A DNA stretch of 57,829 nt from a virus (taxonomy: Duplodnaviria; Heunggongvirae; Uroviricota; Caudoviricetes): positions 1 through 57,829 of the IMG/VR virus record IMGVR_UViG_2822641076_000001. One strand, written 5' to 3'. Within the stretch, counting starts at the first letter, position 1. Each line of letters opens with the position of its first letter. A program made the translations under genes and the position numbers. Under the pieces are notes generated by a model. The model was not told the origin of the DNA. It made no database searches and saw nothing but the letters and a program-made list of their open reading frames with translations. Of this stretch, positions 27,846 to 38,132 are shown piece after piece.

Positions 27846-30074
27846 TTAAGCCGTTTTTGCCAATGTACCTAATTCTTCTAGCAACTCTCCTAAGAAGCTT
27901 TTACGTTTCGTACTAGCAACTTTCCTGATTCCACTGTTCATAGCATCAACCTGTGTCAGTGCAATCAGATACTTCTTAGCTCGTGTCCATCCTGTATATA
28001 ATAGGTTGGCATTTAATTGGTACGTATGTGACTTGTCGGCTATTACCATAACAACTGGTGAACCACTTCCCTGCGATTTATGGATAGTCATACAATAAGA
28101 ATGTACAATCTTAGAGATATCATTGAAGCTGATTGGAACGTTTGCACAGTCAACGAAGTCGATGATTACTACCTTATCTTCCTTATTGATGTCTACAATC
28201 CTTCCTGTATCTCCATTAAAGATATCAACTGTAACACCTTCTGAAATTTCAAGGTCATATGTATTGGCGATATTCATTACGAAATCCCCTACTCGGTACG
28301 TGACCTCGCCCATTTTAGTATTAACTGTATGCTCTTTCTTGTTATCACTTGGCGGATTAGCAAGTTCCTGTAGGTGTTTATTAATCTCAAACACCCCTAA
28401 GTCACCTTTCCTTGTCGGAGATAGAACCATGATATCCTCGGCATCGAATCGTTCAAGCATCTTCTTATAATAGAACTTATAACCGTCAACTATATGACGT
28501 GGCTGAGCAAGGTGGATAATTGCATCCTTACCGAATCGAAGCTTACCACTTTGATTACTAGATAAGACCTTCTCTCCTTCACGTATCTTAGTTGCAATAT
28601 CTAAGACACCGCCATCTTTTTGTCGGAATACTACTGTTAGCTTCGTTACTGGGAATACATCTGAATTGATGCAATCATATAAGAAGTTACCGATTTGTAC
28701 GGATGGTAACTGGAAGTCATCACCGATAAATACAATACGTGCATTTGAGTTATCAATGCCTCTTAGTAACTGTCGTACAAGGAAAATATCACACATAGAT
28801 GATTCATCTACAAGGATTACATCGTGAGAAATCATTGATGGTTCGTCTCCCATATCACGTACACCTAGCGCTCTATGTATAGTAGAAGCATCTTGACCTG
28901 TGTAAGCTGAAAGTACTTTACTTGCCTTCCCAGTTGGAGCAAGAAGTTTAACATTCAACCCTATCTTCTTGGTCATTTCTAATAGAATAGTTTGTAAGAA
29001 TGACTTACCACAACCTGCATATCCAATAAGGAAATTAATGTTGTACTTCGCAAAGTTATGGAAGAAGCTTCTCTGCTCATCCGTAAGAGAAATATCATGT
29101 TCTTTACAATATCCATCTAAGAACGCATCCACATCGAATCCTTCAATTGATTTAGATTCAAAGTGTCGAGCAGTCAACGACTCTGCTACAAACTGTTCTG
29201 CTTCATAAACTCTTCGTAGTGTTACTCTGCGTTCATTGATAATCATTACAACGCTCTTATCTCCTTCTGCAAAAGAAACAAGGCACTCTTCGATGATTGA
29301 TTTGTTGATTGCAAGTAGCTTCTGTGCTTCTTGAATGAGTATCTTCCTATTAATATAGGCGTTACCCTTTCCGTTCTCCTCACCGATACAATAGACGATA
29401 CACGACTTGATACGATGTGGGCTTTCAAGCGGAATACCCATTTGTTTAGCTATAGCATCTGCTTTAGTAAACCCGATTCCTTGAACCTTAGTCAACATAT
29501 ATGGGTTCTCTTCTAGCTTCTGAATTAACAGTGCAGGAGATTCAAACTCTTTAATCAGCTTTGCTACCATACTGAACTTTATATCATATGTATTGAGCCA
29601 AACAAATAACTCTTCTAGTTCTAGATTGTCTTCAATCTTCTTTTTAATCTTTTGATACATCTTCTCGCCTAAGCCTTTGACTTTGTTATAATCAAAATTG
29701 TCCTCTTGGATTAACTTGATTACATCTTGGTCAGGATAAGCCTCATAGATATTTTCCACCTGCAATGCAGTTAGAACTTGTTTTAAGAAAGCTCTCTGTC
29801 CCTCTATTGTTGTAGGAAGTTCCTGCTTAATCGACTCTAACTGATACCCAAAACCATACTTAGGGTCTTTGTATTCTGTTAGTCTTGCCGTATAAGACGC
29901 TCCTATTTCTAATTCGGGCATTGAACCCTTAGCTGTGATGTTCCCATAAGAGTTAAGTCTTACCTTGTGAATATCCTCAAAATCTACTGTGAATGAGTAA
30001 ATGCCAAATGATGAATCCTCATTGTAATACAATCTCTTTTCGGGTGTTACGGCTAACTCTAACACCTCTTCCAT
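27846..30074 (-). CDS. recD2: RecD2-like SF1B helicase
   Basis: N-terminal OB/HhH region (GIGFTKADAIA), Walker A GYAGCGKS, DESSM, GDDFQLPSV, TIHKSQGS, YTGWTRAK. Confidence 0.93.
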   Translation of the reverse strand: MEEVLELAVTPEKRLYYNEDSSFGIYSFTVDFEDIHKVRLNSYGNITAKGSMPELEIGASYTARLTEYKDPKYGFGYQLESIKQELPTTIEGQRAFLKQVLTALQVENIYEAYPDQDVIKLIQEDNFDYNKVKGLGEKMYQKIKKKIEDNLELEELFVWLNTYDIKFSMVAKLIKEFESPALLIQKLEENPYMLTKVQGIGFTKADAIAKQMGIPLESPHRIKSCIVYCIGEENGKGNAYINRKILIQEAQKLLAINKSIIEECLVSFAEGDKSVVMIINERRVTLRRVYEAEQFVAESLTARHFESKSIEGFDVDAFLDGYCKEHDISLTDEQRSFFHNFAKYNINFLIGYAGCGKSFLQTILLEMTKKIGLNVKLLAPTGKASKVLSAYTGQDASTIHRALGVRDMGDEPSMISHDVILVDESSMCDIFLVRQLLRGIDNSNARIVFIGDDFQLPSVQIGNFLYDCINSDVFPVTKLTVVFRQKDGGVLDIATKIREGEKVLSSNQSGKLRFGKDAIIHLAQPRHIVDGYKFYYKKMLERFDAEDIMVLSPTRKGDLGVFEINKHLQELANPPSDNKKEHTVNTKMGEVTYRVGDFVMNIANTYDLEISEGVTVDIFNGDTGRIVDINKEDKVVIIDFVDCANVPISFNDISKIVHSYCMTIHKSQGSGSPVVMVIADKSHTYQLNANLLYTGWTRAKKYLIALTQVDAMNSGIRKVASTKRKSFLGELLEELGTLAKTA

Positions 30075-30432
30075 CTAACCTCTCCCTTCAAATTTCCATA
30101 ATACTACGTTATTTTATCATTATTTTTTACACTTGTCAAAGTGTGGTTTATCCATTATTTATTACACCTGTATAAATAGGAAGGGAAGCAACCCGTCGGC
30201 TACTTCCCTTATAAGATGTTTAAAAATGTTAAGTTAAATATATCATTCAAGACGTACAAAGTCAATACGTTATAGGAGAAAAGTTATTCCCTTTTACTTT
30301 TTCGTTATTTTATACATTTAACGCATTGACAATGTATTATAGTTGTCCTATAATTAACTTATCGGACATAACGATGACACTTAGACGTAAGTGTAACGGA
30401 ATAATAACTAGGAAAAATGGAGATGTTTAAAA

Positions 30433-31497
30433 ATGACAGCAACAGTATTAGAACTACACACAGGACTTAAATCAGAAAACGAACGTATCACCAATTCAAT
30501 CGAGACATTCTTAGAAGGTAAAGGTTTAAAGAGTGCAAACACGAAGACTACATACACTAAGTCAATCAGTCAATTCTTTGAAGATACAAGAGGTAAGAAG
30601 CTAGATGAACTTGTAATGACTGATTTAATATTCACATTCGAAGAAGTACAGAACTATCAAATCGCTTTAACTAAAGTGATGAAGGATAAAGAAGGCAAAG
30701 TAAGAAAGTATAAGAACAAAACGATTAACGGCAAGATTGATGCTGTAAGAAGTTTATATAAATACCTAATGTCTAACGACTATCCTGTTAAGCGTGCATG
30801 GTTTGATATTGACAACCTAACTGAGTTTGACTCTGATAGTTACTCAGTTATCACTTGGGAGGTTGCAGAACAATTCATCAATGCAGTTAAAGGACATAAA
30901 GACGGAGAAGTGAAGTCTCTACTAATCGAATTAGCAGTTGTAACAAGCTATAGATTGGATTCTATGCTTGAAATGACGTGGGATTGCTTTGGTGAGAAAA
31001 ATGGCGTTAAATGCGTAAAAGTACTAGGAAAAGGACAAAAATGGGACGAAAAACCAATAAAAAAGGAACTTTTCGAGCGCTTTATGGAGTTAAAAAAACA
31101 GTCTGATTCTGATAGAGTATTCCCTTCGAATTTATACGCTAGAGCAGTAACAAGAATGATGGATAAGCTAAAAAAAGAATTGGGAATTGTTGATAAGAAT
31201 CTAACGTTTCATAGCTTCAAGAAGTGTGGAATGTATGAGGTAAATGTTATTACTGGCGGAGATATTAAGGAGATTCAACGCCAAGGTAATCACTCTTCTG
31301 AGTTAACGCCTCTTAAATTCTATATGGAGCAGAGTAAAGACTTATCTCAGATGCCATGTCTACAGATTGGTGAGCAAGTTGATTTATCACCATTAGAGAG
31401 TTTAGATAAGGACGAATTAATTAAGTTGATTATGAATAGCGGTCGTGATGTACAAACAAAGTTAATGCAAACTTTTGAGGCAACAGAACAAAATTAA
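30433..31497 (+). CDS. Tyrosine-recombinase-fold protein (integrase or YopP/YopR-like repressor)
   Basis: SYR, GKGQK, FHSFK (Lys in place of the HxxR Arg), GNH, KFY. It has its own TTGACA-17-TATAAT promoter at 30326-30354. Confidence 0.8.
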   Translation: MTATVLELHTGLKSENERITNSIETFLEGKGLKSANTKTTYTKSISQFFEDTRGKKLDELVMTDLIFTFEEVQNYQIALTKVMKDKEGKVRKYKNKTINGKIDAVRSLYKYLMSNDYPVKRAWFDIDNLTEFDSDSYSVITWEVAEQFINAVKGHKDGEVKSLLIELAVVTSYRLDSMLEMTWDCFGEKNGVKCVKVLGKGQKWDEKPIKKELFERFMELKKQSDSDRVFPSNLYARAVTRMMDKLKKELGIVDKNLTFHSFKKCGMYEVNVITGGDIKEIQRQGNHSSELTPLKFYMEQSKDLSQMPCLQIGEQVDLSPLESLDKDELIKLIMNSGRDVQTKLMQTFEATEQN

Positions 31498-31519
31498 AGG
31501 GAGCTAATATCAGCTCCCC

Positions 31520-31906
31520 TTACCCTTTTATATGATAGAATCCACGTCTTGCTTTCTTGATTCTTTTGTCTTTAGTTAATACATTTAATAGGCTATCTCT
31601 CAATGAGGCTTGGTCTACACCTTTATATTGCTCAGTCAATACATTGAAAACATCATCAAGTAAAACAGCTTCCCCACCGTTTAACGTTAGTATGATTTGA
31701 TACACTGATTCCGCAATTTCTTTTGGAGTTATTGTCGGACGCACTTCTTCTTTCACCTGTTCCATTACAACTTTAGCGTCCTCTTCATCCATTTCTCTTA
31801 GTCGTTCTATCATTTCTTTTCTACGGTCATCTAATCTCATCTTTTCTTTTTCTATGGCAATTAAACTCATCTTTATAGCCATTCTTTCATCAAACACTTC
31901 ACTCAT
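31520..31906 (-). CDS. Coiled-coil protein with a C-terminal winged-helix-like domain
   Basis: RBS GAGGTGA before MSEVFDERM. C-terminus RIKKARRGFYHI. Confidence 0.65.
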   Translation of the reverse strand: MSEVFDERMAIKMSLIAIEKEKMRLDDRRKEMIERLREMDEEDAKVVMEQVKEEVRPTITPKEIAESVYQIILTLNGGEAVLLDDVFNVLTEQYKGVDQASLRDSLLNVLTKDKRIKKARRGFYHIKG

Positions 31907-32333
31907 GTCGTCACCTCTGTTCATTATTATTGACACTTGTCATGTATGAGAACGTCAAATACACCCCTCAGACTTGTCAGATTGATTCCTAAGAGGAGTT
32001 TTTCTACTCTGAATATATTTAGCTATAACTCTCATACTAACTCCCTATGAGGCTAGTATACACTCTATATGAAGTTGGAGTTATCGGTCTGTGTATCTAT
32101 CAATTCTTGACAAGTTTGTTTTAACGTATCTATAACCCTACGTAACACACATCCATACGTCCAAATAGTTTTGCACTCACCCCGACGAGAAACAACGTTA
32201 CACGTTATTCTCGTGCGTCTGAGGTATACTCTGTAATGATTAAATCGTACAGAGTTACAAACAAACCTACTCCCCACTGACTCTATTATATTAAAAACCG
32301 ACAACTTGAACAAGTCGTACCAGTTAATTTTTT

Positions 32334-32480
32334 AATAGGTTAACATTTGAGAACGACTATTAATAAAAAGATATACTTTATATATTATTATTAGTTATAT
32401 ATATAATATTTATTAAATAATTAATAGTAATATATATACATCTCTCTTTATTATATGTCAGTCTCAAATGTTAACCTATT
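32334..32480. repeat. 19-bp perfect inverted repeat enclosing an AT-rich core (candidate origin)
   Basis: AATAGGTTAACATTTGAGA at 32334-32352 and its reverse complement at 32462-32480. A third partial copy lies at 33289-33303. Confidence 0.75.
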
Positions 32481-32523
32481 AGATTTTAAATCTCTAAAAA
32501 CAAAAATAAAGCAAGGGAAACCC

Positions 32524-33276
32524 TCACTTTATTACGAGATAGATATTTGGACAATGACGACTACTGTCAGCGATTGTCTCTCTTTTAACAGCTAAGTACC
32601 CTTTCGTTTCTAGCAGTGAAGTGTATTTTCTAATCGTCCTCCTGCTCATTTTTAATACTCCTGTCATATAATCGTATGTACTTTGCATGTATCCTTTTCT
32701 AATACCGTTCTGATATTTTATAAATCCGTAAATCAAGAAGCCTACACAGCCTAATTCTTTGTCTTGGACAATAGACTTGAACACTTCAAAATCAACAGAA
32801 TGAGTATACTCTACTTGGTAGAAAGTACCGTCCAGTACCCCCTCTTCATACCGTGTATGTGCGAGTAAAGGCGATTTGACTTTTATGCCTCGATATGATA
32901 TAATATTCTTATTCGGAATATTCTTACGAATGTCACTAGCAGTTTCGAAGTCAAAGAGATTACCTTCCTCGTCGAAGATAGCTCTGACAGGATACTCACT
33001 AGTGCTTTTTGTGTATCCGATGCTATCAAGAATACCATTATCCTTAATAATGCTGTTTACAGTTTTGTTGTCAGGGTTGTAGCCTAAAAACTCCTTAATC
33101 CTCCGTTGGCTTACAAATTCGTTGTTATCATCAAAATGCAAGCAGTACTTGTACAGGAAATTAATATACGTATAATATGAATAAGCAAACCCGAACTTAC
33201 TAGCGTTCGTGAAATGGCTCGAAAAGTCCTTAAAAATTTCATTAGGTAAATACACAATCATGTTGACTAACACCAA
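32524..33276 (-). CDS. Putative replication initiator / winged-helix protein
   Basis: C-terminal HTH (YDYMTGVLKMSRRTIRKYTSLLETKGYL...NIY). Flanked by the inverted repeat copies. Confidence 0.55.
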   Translation of the reverse strand: MVLVNMIVYLPNEIFKDFSSHFTNASKFGFAYSYYTYINFLYKYCLHFDDNNEFVSQRRIKEFLGYNPDNKTVNSIIKDNGILDSIGYTKSTSEYPVRAIFDEEGNLFDFETASDIRKNIPNKNIISYRGIKVKSPLLAHTRYEEGVLDGTFYQVEYTHSVDFEVFKSIVQDKELGCVGFLIYGFIKYQNGIRKGYMQSTYDYMTGVLKMSRRTIRKYTSLLETKGYLAVKRETIADSSRHCPNIYLVIK

Positions 33277-33414
33277 TCCTCTCGTTGTAATAGGTTAACA
33301 TTTTGTACATTTTATACTAATGTAAAAAATAATGAATGTCAATATTTATTAATATAAAAATTAATGATATAATGTGATTGCAATACATTGCGTCGTTAGA
33401 AAGGATATTACACT

Positions 33415-34068
33415 ATGAAATACACAGAGCGAGATACTGGTAAATCAGTTAACTTACACGAAGAACTTGGAATCGACATGTTGCAGGTATCAAATACTGT
33501 ACTAACGTTCAACCAGTTCCATGAATTTAGTAACCTGCTGTTCCTCGGAATCATGAAAAAAATGCAAAAGATTCAATGCAAACTCCATTTGACCTGTGAA
33601 GGTGCAGAATTTGAATCAACTCATTTTGAAGCGAAAGAAGATAACGGACATCACTTATTCTTCGTCGGAGATGATTTAGTTTCTGCTCGTGAGATTAGTT
33701 CGATGGATATGTTCTATAACTTACATAAAGAGTTCGTGATTAGACTGTATTACCTCTCAAAGAGCGTCAAAAAATACATTCTATTGCGCTTCATTCCCAT
33801 CAAATCAGTCCGTAAGCAGTTGATTGCAGAGTCAGACAACAGATTTAATAGCACTTTGGATATGTCAAAGCTGACTAATAATCCATTGAGAAAAGCGATT
33901 CGTGAGGCTCAAGTTGATGCAATCATAAAGCCACAACCAAAGCTAGATGGAAGTCGTAGAATGCCCGTCATGTTTAGAGGTTACTGGGCTACTGAATCTG
34001 AGCAGTTGAAGCCAAATAATTTTGAGCTAGATAAGGATACCCACATTGCAGAAGCGTTGATGCAATAG
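33415..34068 (+). CDS. Hypothetical protein
   Basis: 217 aa, RBS AGAAAGGA, divergent from the Rep-like gene. Confidence 0.7.
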   Translation: MKYTERDTGKSVNLHEELGIDMLQVSNTVLTFNQFHEFSNLLFLGIMKKMQKIQCKLHLTCEGAEFESTHFEAKEDNGHHLFFVGDDLVSAREISSMDMFYNLHKEFVIRLYYLSKSVKKYILLRFIPIKSVRKQLIAESDNRFNSTLDMSKLTNNPLRKAIREAQVDAIIKPQPKLDGSRRMPVMFRGYWATESEQLKPNNFELDKDTHIAEALMQ

Positions 34069-34069
34069 C

Positions 34070-35460
34070 GGAAATTGTTTATTACACCCCCCTCCCCTCG
34101 TCGATTTAGGCGTGGGGTATTGCTGTATCTAGAGATAATTGAGTCAGCCAATCGGACAAAAAATGATTTTGCGAAATTAATAGAATGCAAATATAAAATT
34201 ATCAGCCATTTGGTTATCGAGTTAGCTAACAGTTGAAGCCAAAATCGAAGTGAATCAAAGTTTAATAGATTCGAAATTAATGCTTGTGAGAGCTGAGAAA
34301 TAAAATGTAAGCCAAAATGATAGAATTGAATACGGAATTTAGCTAACGATGAAGCCTAAAATAAGGGAAATTTTAAGGAGTCATCGTTTTTATTTATGTA
34401 TTATAAGATTGAAAGCAGATGAATCGGTTGGTTATCGGACAAAATTGAGGTTTGAGTTGAGAGCAAAATAATAGATAAATAAGCGGTTTAGCGATAGCGT
34501 TTCGATAGCATCCGAATATAGGGTAAAATCGGACAAAATAATAGGAATTGCAATGAAATTGGCTGACATCGAGTCACCACAGAAAAGTGGGTCTAGGTGA
34601 TGTACAGTTGCGGGGCGGTTCTATTGGTGATGTCGGTTTGCGATTGTAAACTATCCCCCGTCCTATAACTTTACTTGTGGGACACTCGGCTTTATGGATG
34701 TCGTGGCTCGGCTCGGTTGAGCTTGTTGGCGTCGCTCGTCCCCGTGGTCGTCGGCTCGTCGGCTTGGCTCGGTTGGTCGAGATTTTGCCCACGATATTGC
34801 AAGCGATTTGCCCACGGTTGGCGGTTGGGTTTGAGATTCGCCACGGGTTACGGTTGCATGTCGGTCATCGGTTGCAATATAACATATGTCCATCTGTCGA
34901 ACACTATATCAGCAAATTTGCCACAATATGCCACGCTGACATTTGCTCTCTGAGGCGATTATCTCCTACGGCACGTACTACCCCACCTTACTAACTCTCT
35001 CAGAATTGCCCACAGGGAATAGGCAAACTCCTAAAAATTTGCCACATAATACCATCACTATAATTATGTGTGTCTTGTGCATGTGTGGGTTGGTCGGCTC
35101 TGCCTTGCCTTGGTTGGGTTGGCTTGTCTCACCTGTTATGTGTGTATGTCTTGTCATGTCCTTGTGTCTGTCGCTCTCTCTTGTCGTGTCGTGCCTTGTG
35201 CTGTTGGCTCGCTTGCTTGTGCGTGTGGTGTGTGCGTGTGTGCGTCACGCTGTCATGTGTTGGTGTGGTCGTCTTGGTGTGGTGTGCTTGTGTCATGTGT
35301 ATGTAGTGTTATACATGTGGTGTTATGATGTGGTTATGTGGTGCGGTTCTCCTGTTGGTTTCTGTATGGGTAATAGGGCAGGTTATACAGTAGGCTTATA
35401 TGATGGGCTTGTATGGGGATGTATCAATACAACAACGATAGATAAGGAGTAACAGTCTAA
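34070..35460. repeat. Non-coding block of short direct repeats and an A-poor TG-rich tract
   Basis: ATCGGACAAAA x3, GGCTCG(G/T) repeats, ATTTGCC(C)AC-like x6, and only 6 A in 35101-35280. Confidence 0.65.
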
Positions 35461-35570
35461 CTCTATTCCCTTCCATTATCTCGGTTGTTATTGTCTCACT
35501 CATTCAATCTATCTATGAGCATAGCAAAAGAGACAGTGACACTCACATCACTATCCCTTTCCGATTCCTC

Positions 35571-35990
35571 TTATTCTCTTGTCAATCGCTCGTGTGGTGT
35601 CAGACACATGTTAATGAATGTTCTATCACTGTACGATATGGAAATATCTACCCACATAGCAGAGGATATATAAACCTTTATTCTCGGTTGGTCTTTCAAC
35701 ACTATATTGTGATTGTTCCCAATAAACACTATTTGCTCCATTCTGCAATACTTGAAACCCTTCTCTTCATACGCTACTGTAAACCCGTTCGTTAAATATG
35801 CCGTTCCTTTTACTGCATTAAATAACCTACTATCTTTTAACACGTCTAACACCTTGTATAACGTCCTTTCACTCACTTCTATACCATTGGATTCCAACTC
35901 AGCTAAAGTGATGTTGTCATGTCCTTCTAGTGCGTCTGTCACTGCCTTGATTGCTTGTGTTGTTGTTGTGATTGGGCTTAATGTCGTCAT
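35571..35990 (-). CDS. Winged-helix-like DNA-binding protein
   Basis: ITLAELESNGIEVSERTLYKVLDVL. RBS AAGGAG. Confidence 0.6.
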   Translation of the reverse strand: MTTLSPITTTTQAIKAVTDALEGHDNITLAELESNGIEVSERTLYKVLDVLKDSRLFNAVKGTAYLTNGFTVAYEEKGFKYCRMEQIVFIGNNHNIVLKDQPRIKVYISSAMWVDISISYSDRTFINMCLTPHERLTRE

Positions 35991-36251
35991 GTTGTTCTGT
36001 CTCCTTTTATTTCCATCGGTTTATTTTCCTGTTTTTAATTATCAGATATTTCACAAATCAAAAATGATTTATAACTTTATGTAATTCTTTTCCAATCTAT
36101 CAAGGAAATCAATTTGCTTTTTCGTTTGGCTGATTTTACTATTAATTTTATAATTGGTTATCAATCTTTTAATTCTAGAAATCATTTTCCAATTCTCCTT
36201 TTAGTTGGTCGGGACTCGTGAGAGTCCCAGTTTTTAAAATTTTATTTTTGA

Positions 36252-36950
36252 TTAATTCCAAAAGTCAGATTTTACCCAACTACCATCCTCAGCTTGTACA
36301 TATCCATCTTTATTTCTATTTTCATCATTCAAATCATTTTCACGAAAATCTTTATCATAATCGCCTTTTTCCACCTTTTGAATATCGACAATTCTGTCAG
36401 TTGTGTTCCATAAATTCATAGCAACATTAATTTTGTCACCTAGTTTGTAAGTACCATTATTTTCTAAAACCATTGTGTCATTTGGGTTAAATTCATTTAC
36501 TAGGAAAATATATTCATCATCGTTAAAATCGTTAATTCCCTTTTCATTTGCATCCGTTACAATGTAAGTATTTTGAACCGTTGACATGTTTTGCACGTAA
36601 ACTATTTCAATGTCATCATGATTAAATTGTACTATTACGTTTTGCCCAACCATCGGGATATGATAGTCCATTTCCTCAGCGTTCGCATAAACAAAATCAG
36701 TGTCATCATGAATGTTATCCAGTTTGTAATATCCGTCTTCTGTTTTCTCTCCGTTGTATTTAAATTCTTGCATGAAAATGAAATCCTTATTTGTATCATG
36801 TGTAGAACGTGCAACCGTTGTTTTCTCTTCTGCTTTTGCATTACTGATAATTTCTAAATCCATTGATAGAAAACCTAGTCCTAAAATCGCTCCAATAATT
36901 CCAATTCCAACCATTTTTTTGATAAACTTTTTCATTTTAATTTGCTCCAT
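36252..36950 (-). CDS. Exported/membrane-anchored protein
   Basis: N-terminal KKFIKK plus a hydrophobic helix and an A-K-A signal-peptidase-like site. Confidence 0.7.
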   Translation of the reverse strand: MEQIKMKKFIKKMVGIGIIGAILGLGFLSMDLEIISNAKAEEKTTVARSTHDTNKDFIFMQEFKYNGEKTEDGYYKLDNIHDDTDFVYANAEEMDYHIPMVGQNVIVQFNHDDIEIVYVQNMSTVQNTYIVTDANEKGINDFNDDEYIFLVNEFNPNDTMVLENNGTYKLGDKINVAMNLWNTTDRIVDIQKVEKGDYDKDFRENDLNDENRNKDGYVQAEDGSWVKSDFWN

Positions 36951-36999
36951 TCACTTTTTATTTTTTTGTTTTAATTTCATTATTTTTTACATTTGTTTT

Positions 37000-37104
37000 T
37001 TAAAAGAAAGAAATAGTTTGAACCTTTCGAGCATGAACTAAGATTAACTTTCCGTTTACTACCATCATCATTTTAATTTCTTGTACTCGTGTAATTGTCA
37101 ACAT
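37000..37104 (-). CDS. 34-aa small protein (not in the ORF track)
   Basis: Own promoter and AGGAGATGTTTAAAAATG leader. MLTITRVQEIKMMMVVNGKLILVHARKVQTISFF. Confidence 0.6.
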   Translation of the reverse strand: MLTITRVQEIKMMMVVNGKLILVHARKVQTISFF

Positions 37105-37363
37105 TTTTAAACATCTCCTGTTTTATATATTTTGTAAGTGTTGTTCGTCTCAACTACCTTACATTTAAAATTTTATCAAATTAATAGTGCACTGTCAATG
37201 GATTTTAGAAAAATAGTTTTTTATTTTCGTTTCCATTAATGATATCAATTAGAAGCCTCAGATTGGCTTGTATGCGTTTCTATCCTTTCCATGTGTAATC
37301 ATATTAGATAACAAACTAGGACAAAAAGCATACTTTTTTCAAAAAATCAAGACTTGCCTTTCA

Positions 37364-37981
37364 TTATTTTTTACATTTATAAAGAATTTCTTTGGCGTGG
37401 TCAATCCACTCCGCCAAACACTCACAAGATATATTATCAATTTCAGAAAACTCTGTTTTGTTCTTGTTATAAGATTGCTGAATTTTACTAAATTGAATCA
37501 TCACTAAATTTTTATCCAGTAATGACAATTCGCTCATATGGTACATTCTGACATCAACAGTCTTTTGCAGAGTCCAAACCGCTTCTAATTTATGGTTTGT
37601 TAATTGCTCTCTCACTTGATATAAGCCGTTTGCAAATTGTCCCAATTCGTAAATTTCATTATTATGTCGAACCGCTAAACGGTTTTCAAATTTGATAATT
37701 TTACGTTTTAAAATCTTCCCATTAATCAGGACGTTAATTACCATATTGCTAAAGATATTATTATTCACGTACTCTTTAATGAAAGAATAAATTCCATCTT
37801 TCTTAGTTTCGTCTACAATCCCCATTGCACGATAAGAAGTTTCAAAAAGTACTACACGATATTTGTTATCAAGGTTATAAGCGTTACCGCCTTTTTGTTC
37901 GCCTGTGATATCATCTTTAATTAGAACATACTCATTTTTTAAAACTGGCTTTTCGATTACTACTGTTAAATTATCTGTCAT
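37364..37981 (-). CDS. Hypothetical protein downstream of hammerhead 1
   Basis: 205 aa with the GGAGATGTTTAAAAATG leader. Confidence 0.75.
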   Translation of the reverse strand: MTDNLTVVIEKPVLKNEYVLIKDDITGEQKGGNAYNLDNKYRVVLFETSYRAMGIVDETKKDGIYSFIKEYVNNNIFSNMVINVLINGKILKRKIIKFENRLAVRHNNEIYELGQFANGLYQVREQLTNHKLEAVWTLQKTVDVRMYHMSELSLLDKNLVMIQFSKIQQSYNKNKTEFSEIDNISCECLAEWIDHAKEILYKCKK

Positions 37982-38012
37982 TTTTAAACATCTCCATTTT
38001 GTAAATTATTTT

Positions 38013-38078
38013 TGGTTTGTCTCATCAGCATGTAAAGAACCACTTTACATGGACGGGACTCGAAAGTCCCGTTTCGAC
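38013..38078 (-). ncRNA. Type II hammerhead ribozyme 1
   Basis: GTC-GAAA-C-GGGAC(TTTCGA)GTCCC-GTC^-CATGTAAAG(TGGTT)CTTTACATG-CTGATGA-GAC-A-AACCA. Full core, GUC cleavage triplet, and loop I pairs with the 3' tail. Confidence 0.92.
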
Positions 38079-38132
38079 TTGTGGGAACGTCTTCCCTACA
38101 TTTGTTATTATAAGTGATAACAAATGTATATG

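Noticed and set aside
32065-32313. 82-aa minus-strand ORF
   Set aside because: No RBS and no protein-like pattern. It lies beside the candidate origin.
34574-35452. Cys/Val-rich ORFs on both strands (e.g. 34943..35452, 35068..35328, 35070..35306)
   Set aside because: They are artefacts of the A-poor low-complexity tract, which lacks stop codons. They have no RBS and abnormal composition.
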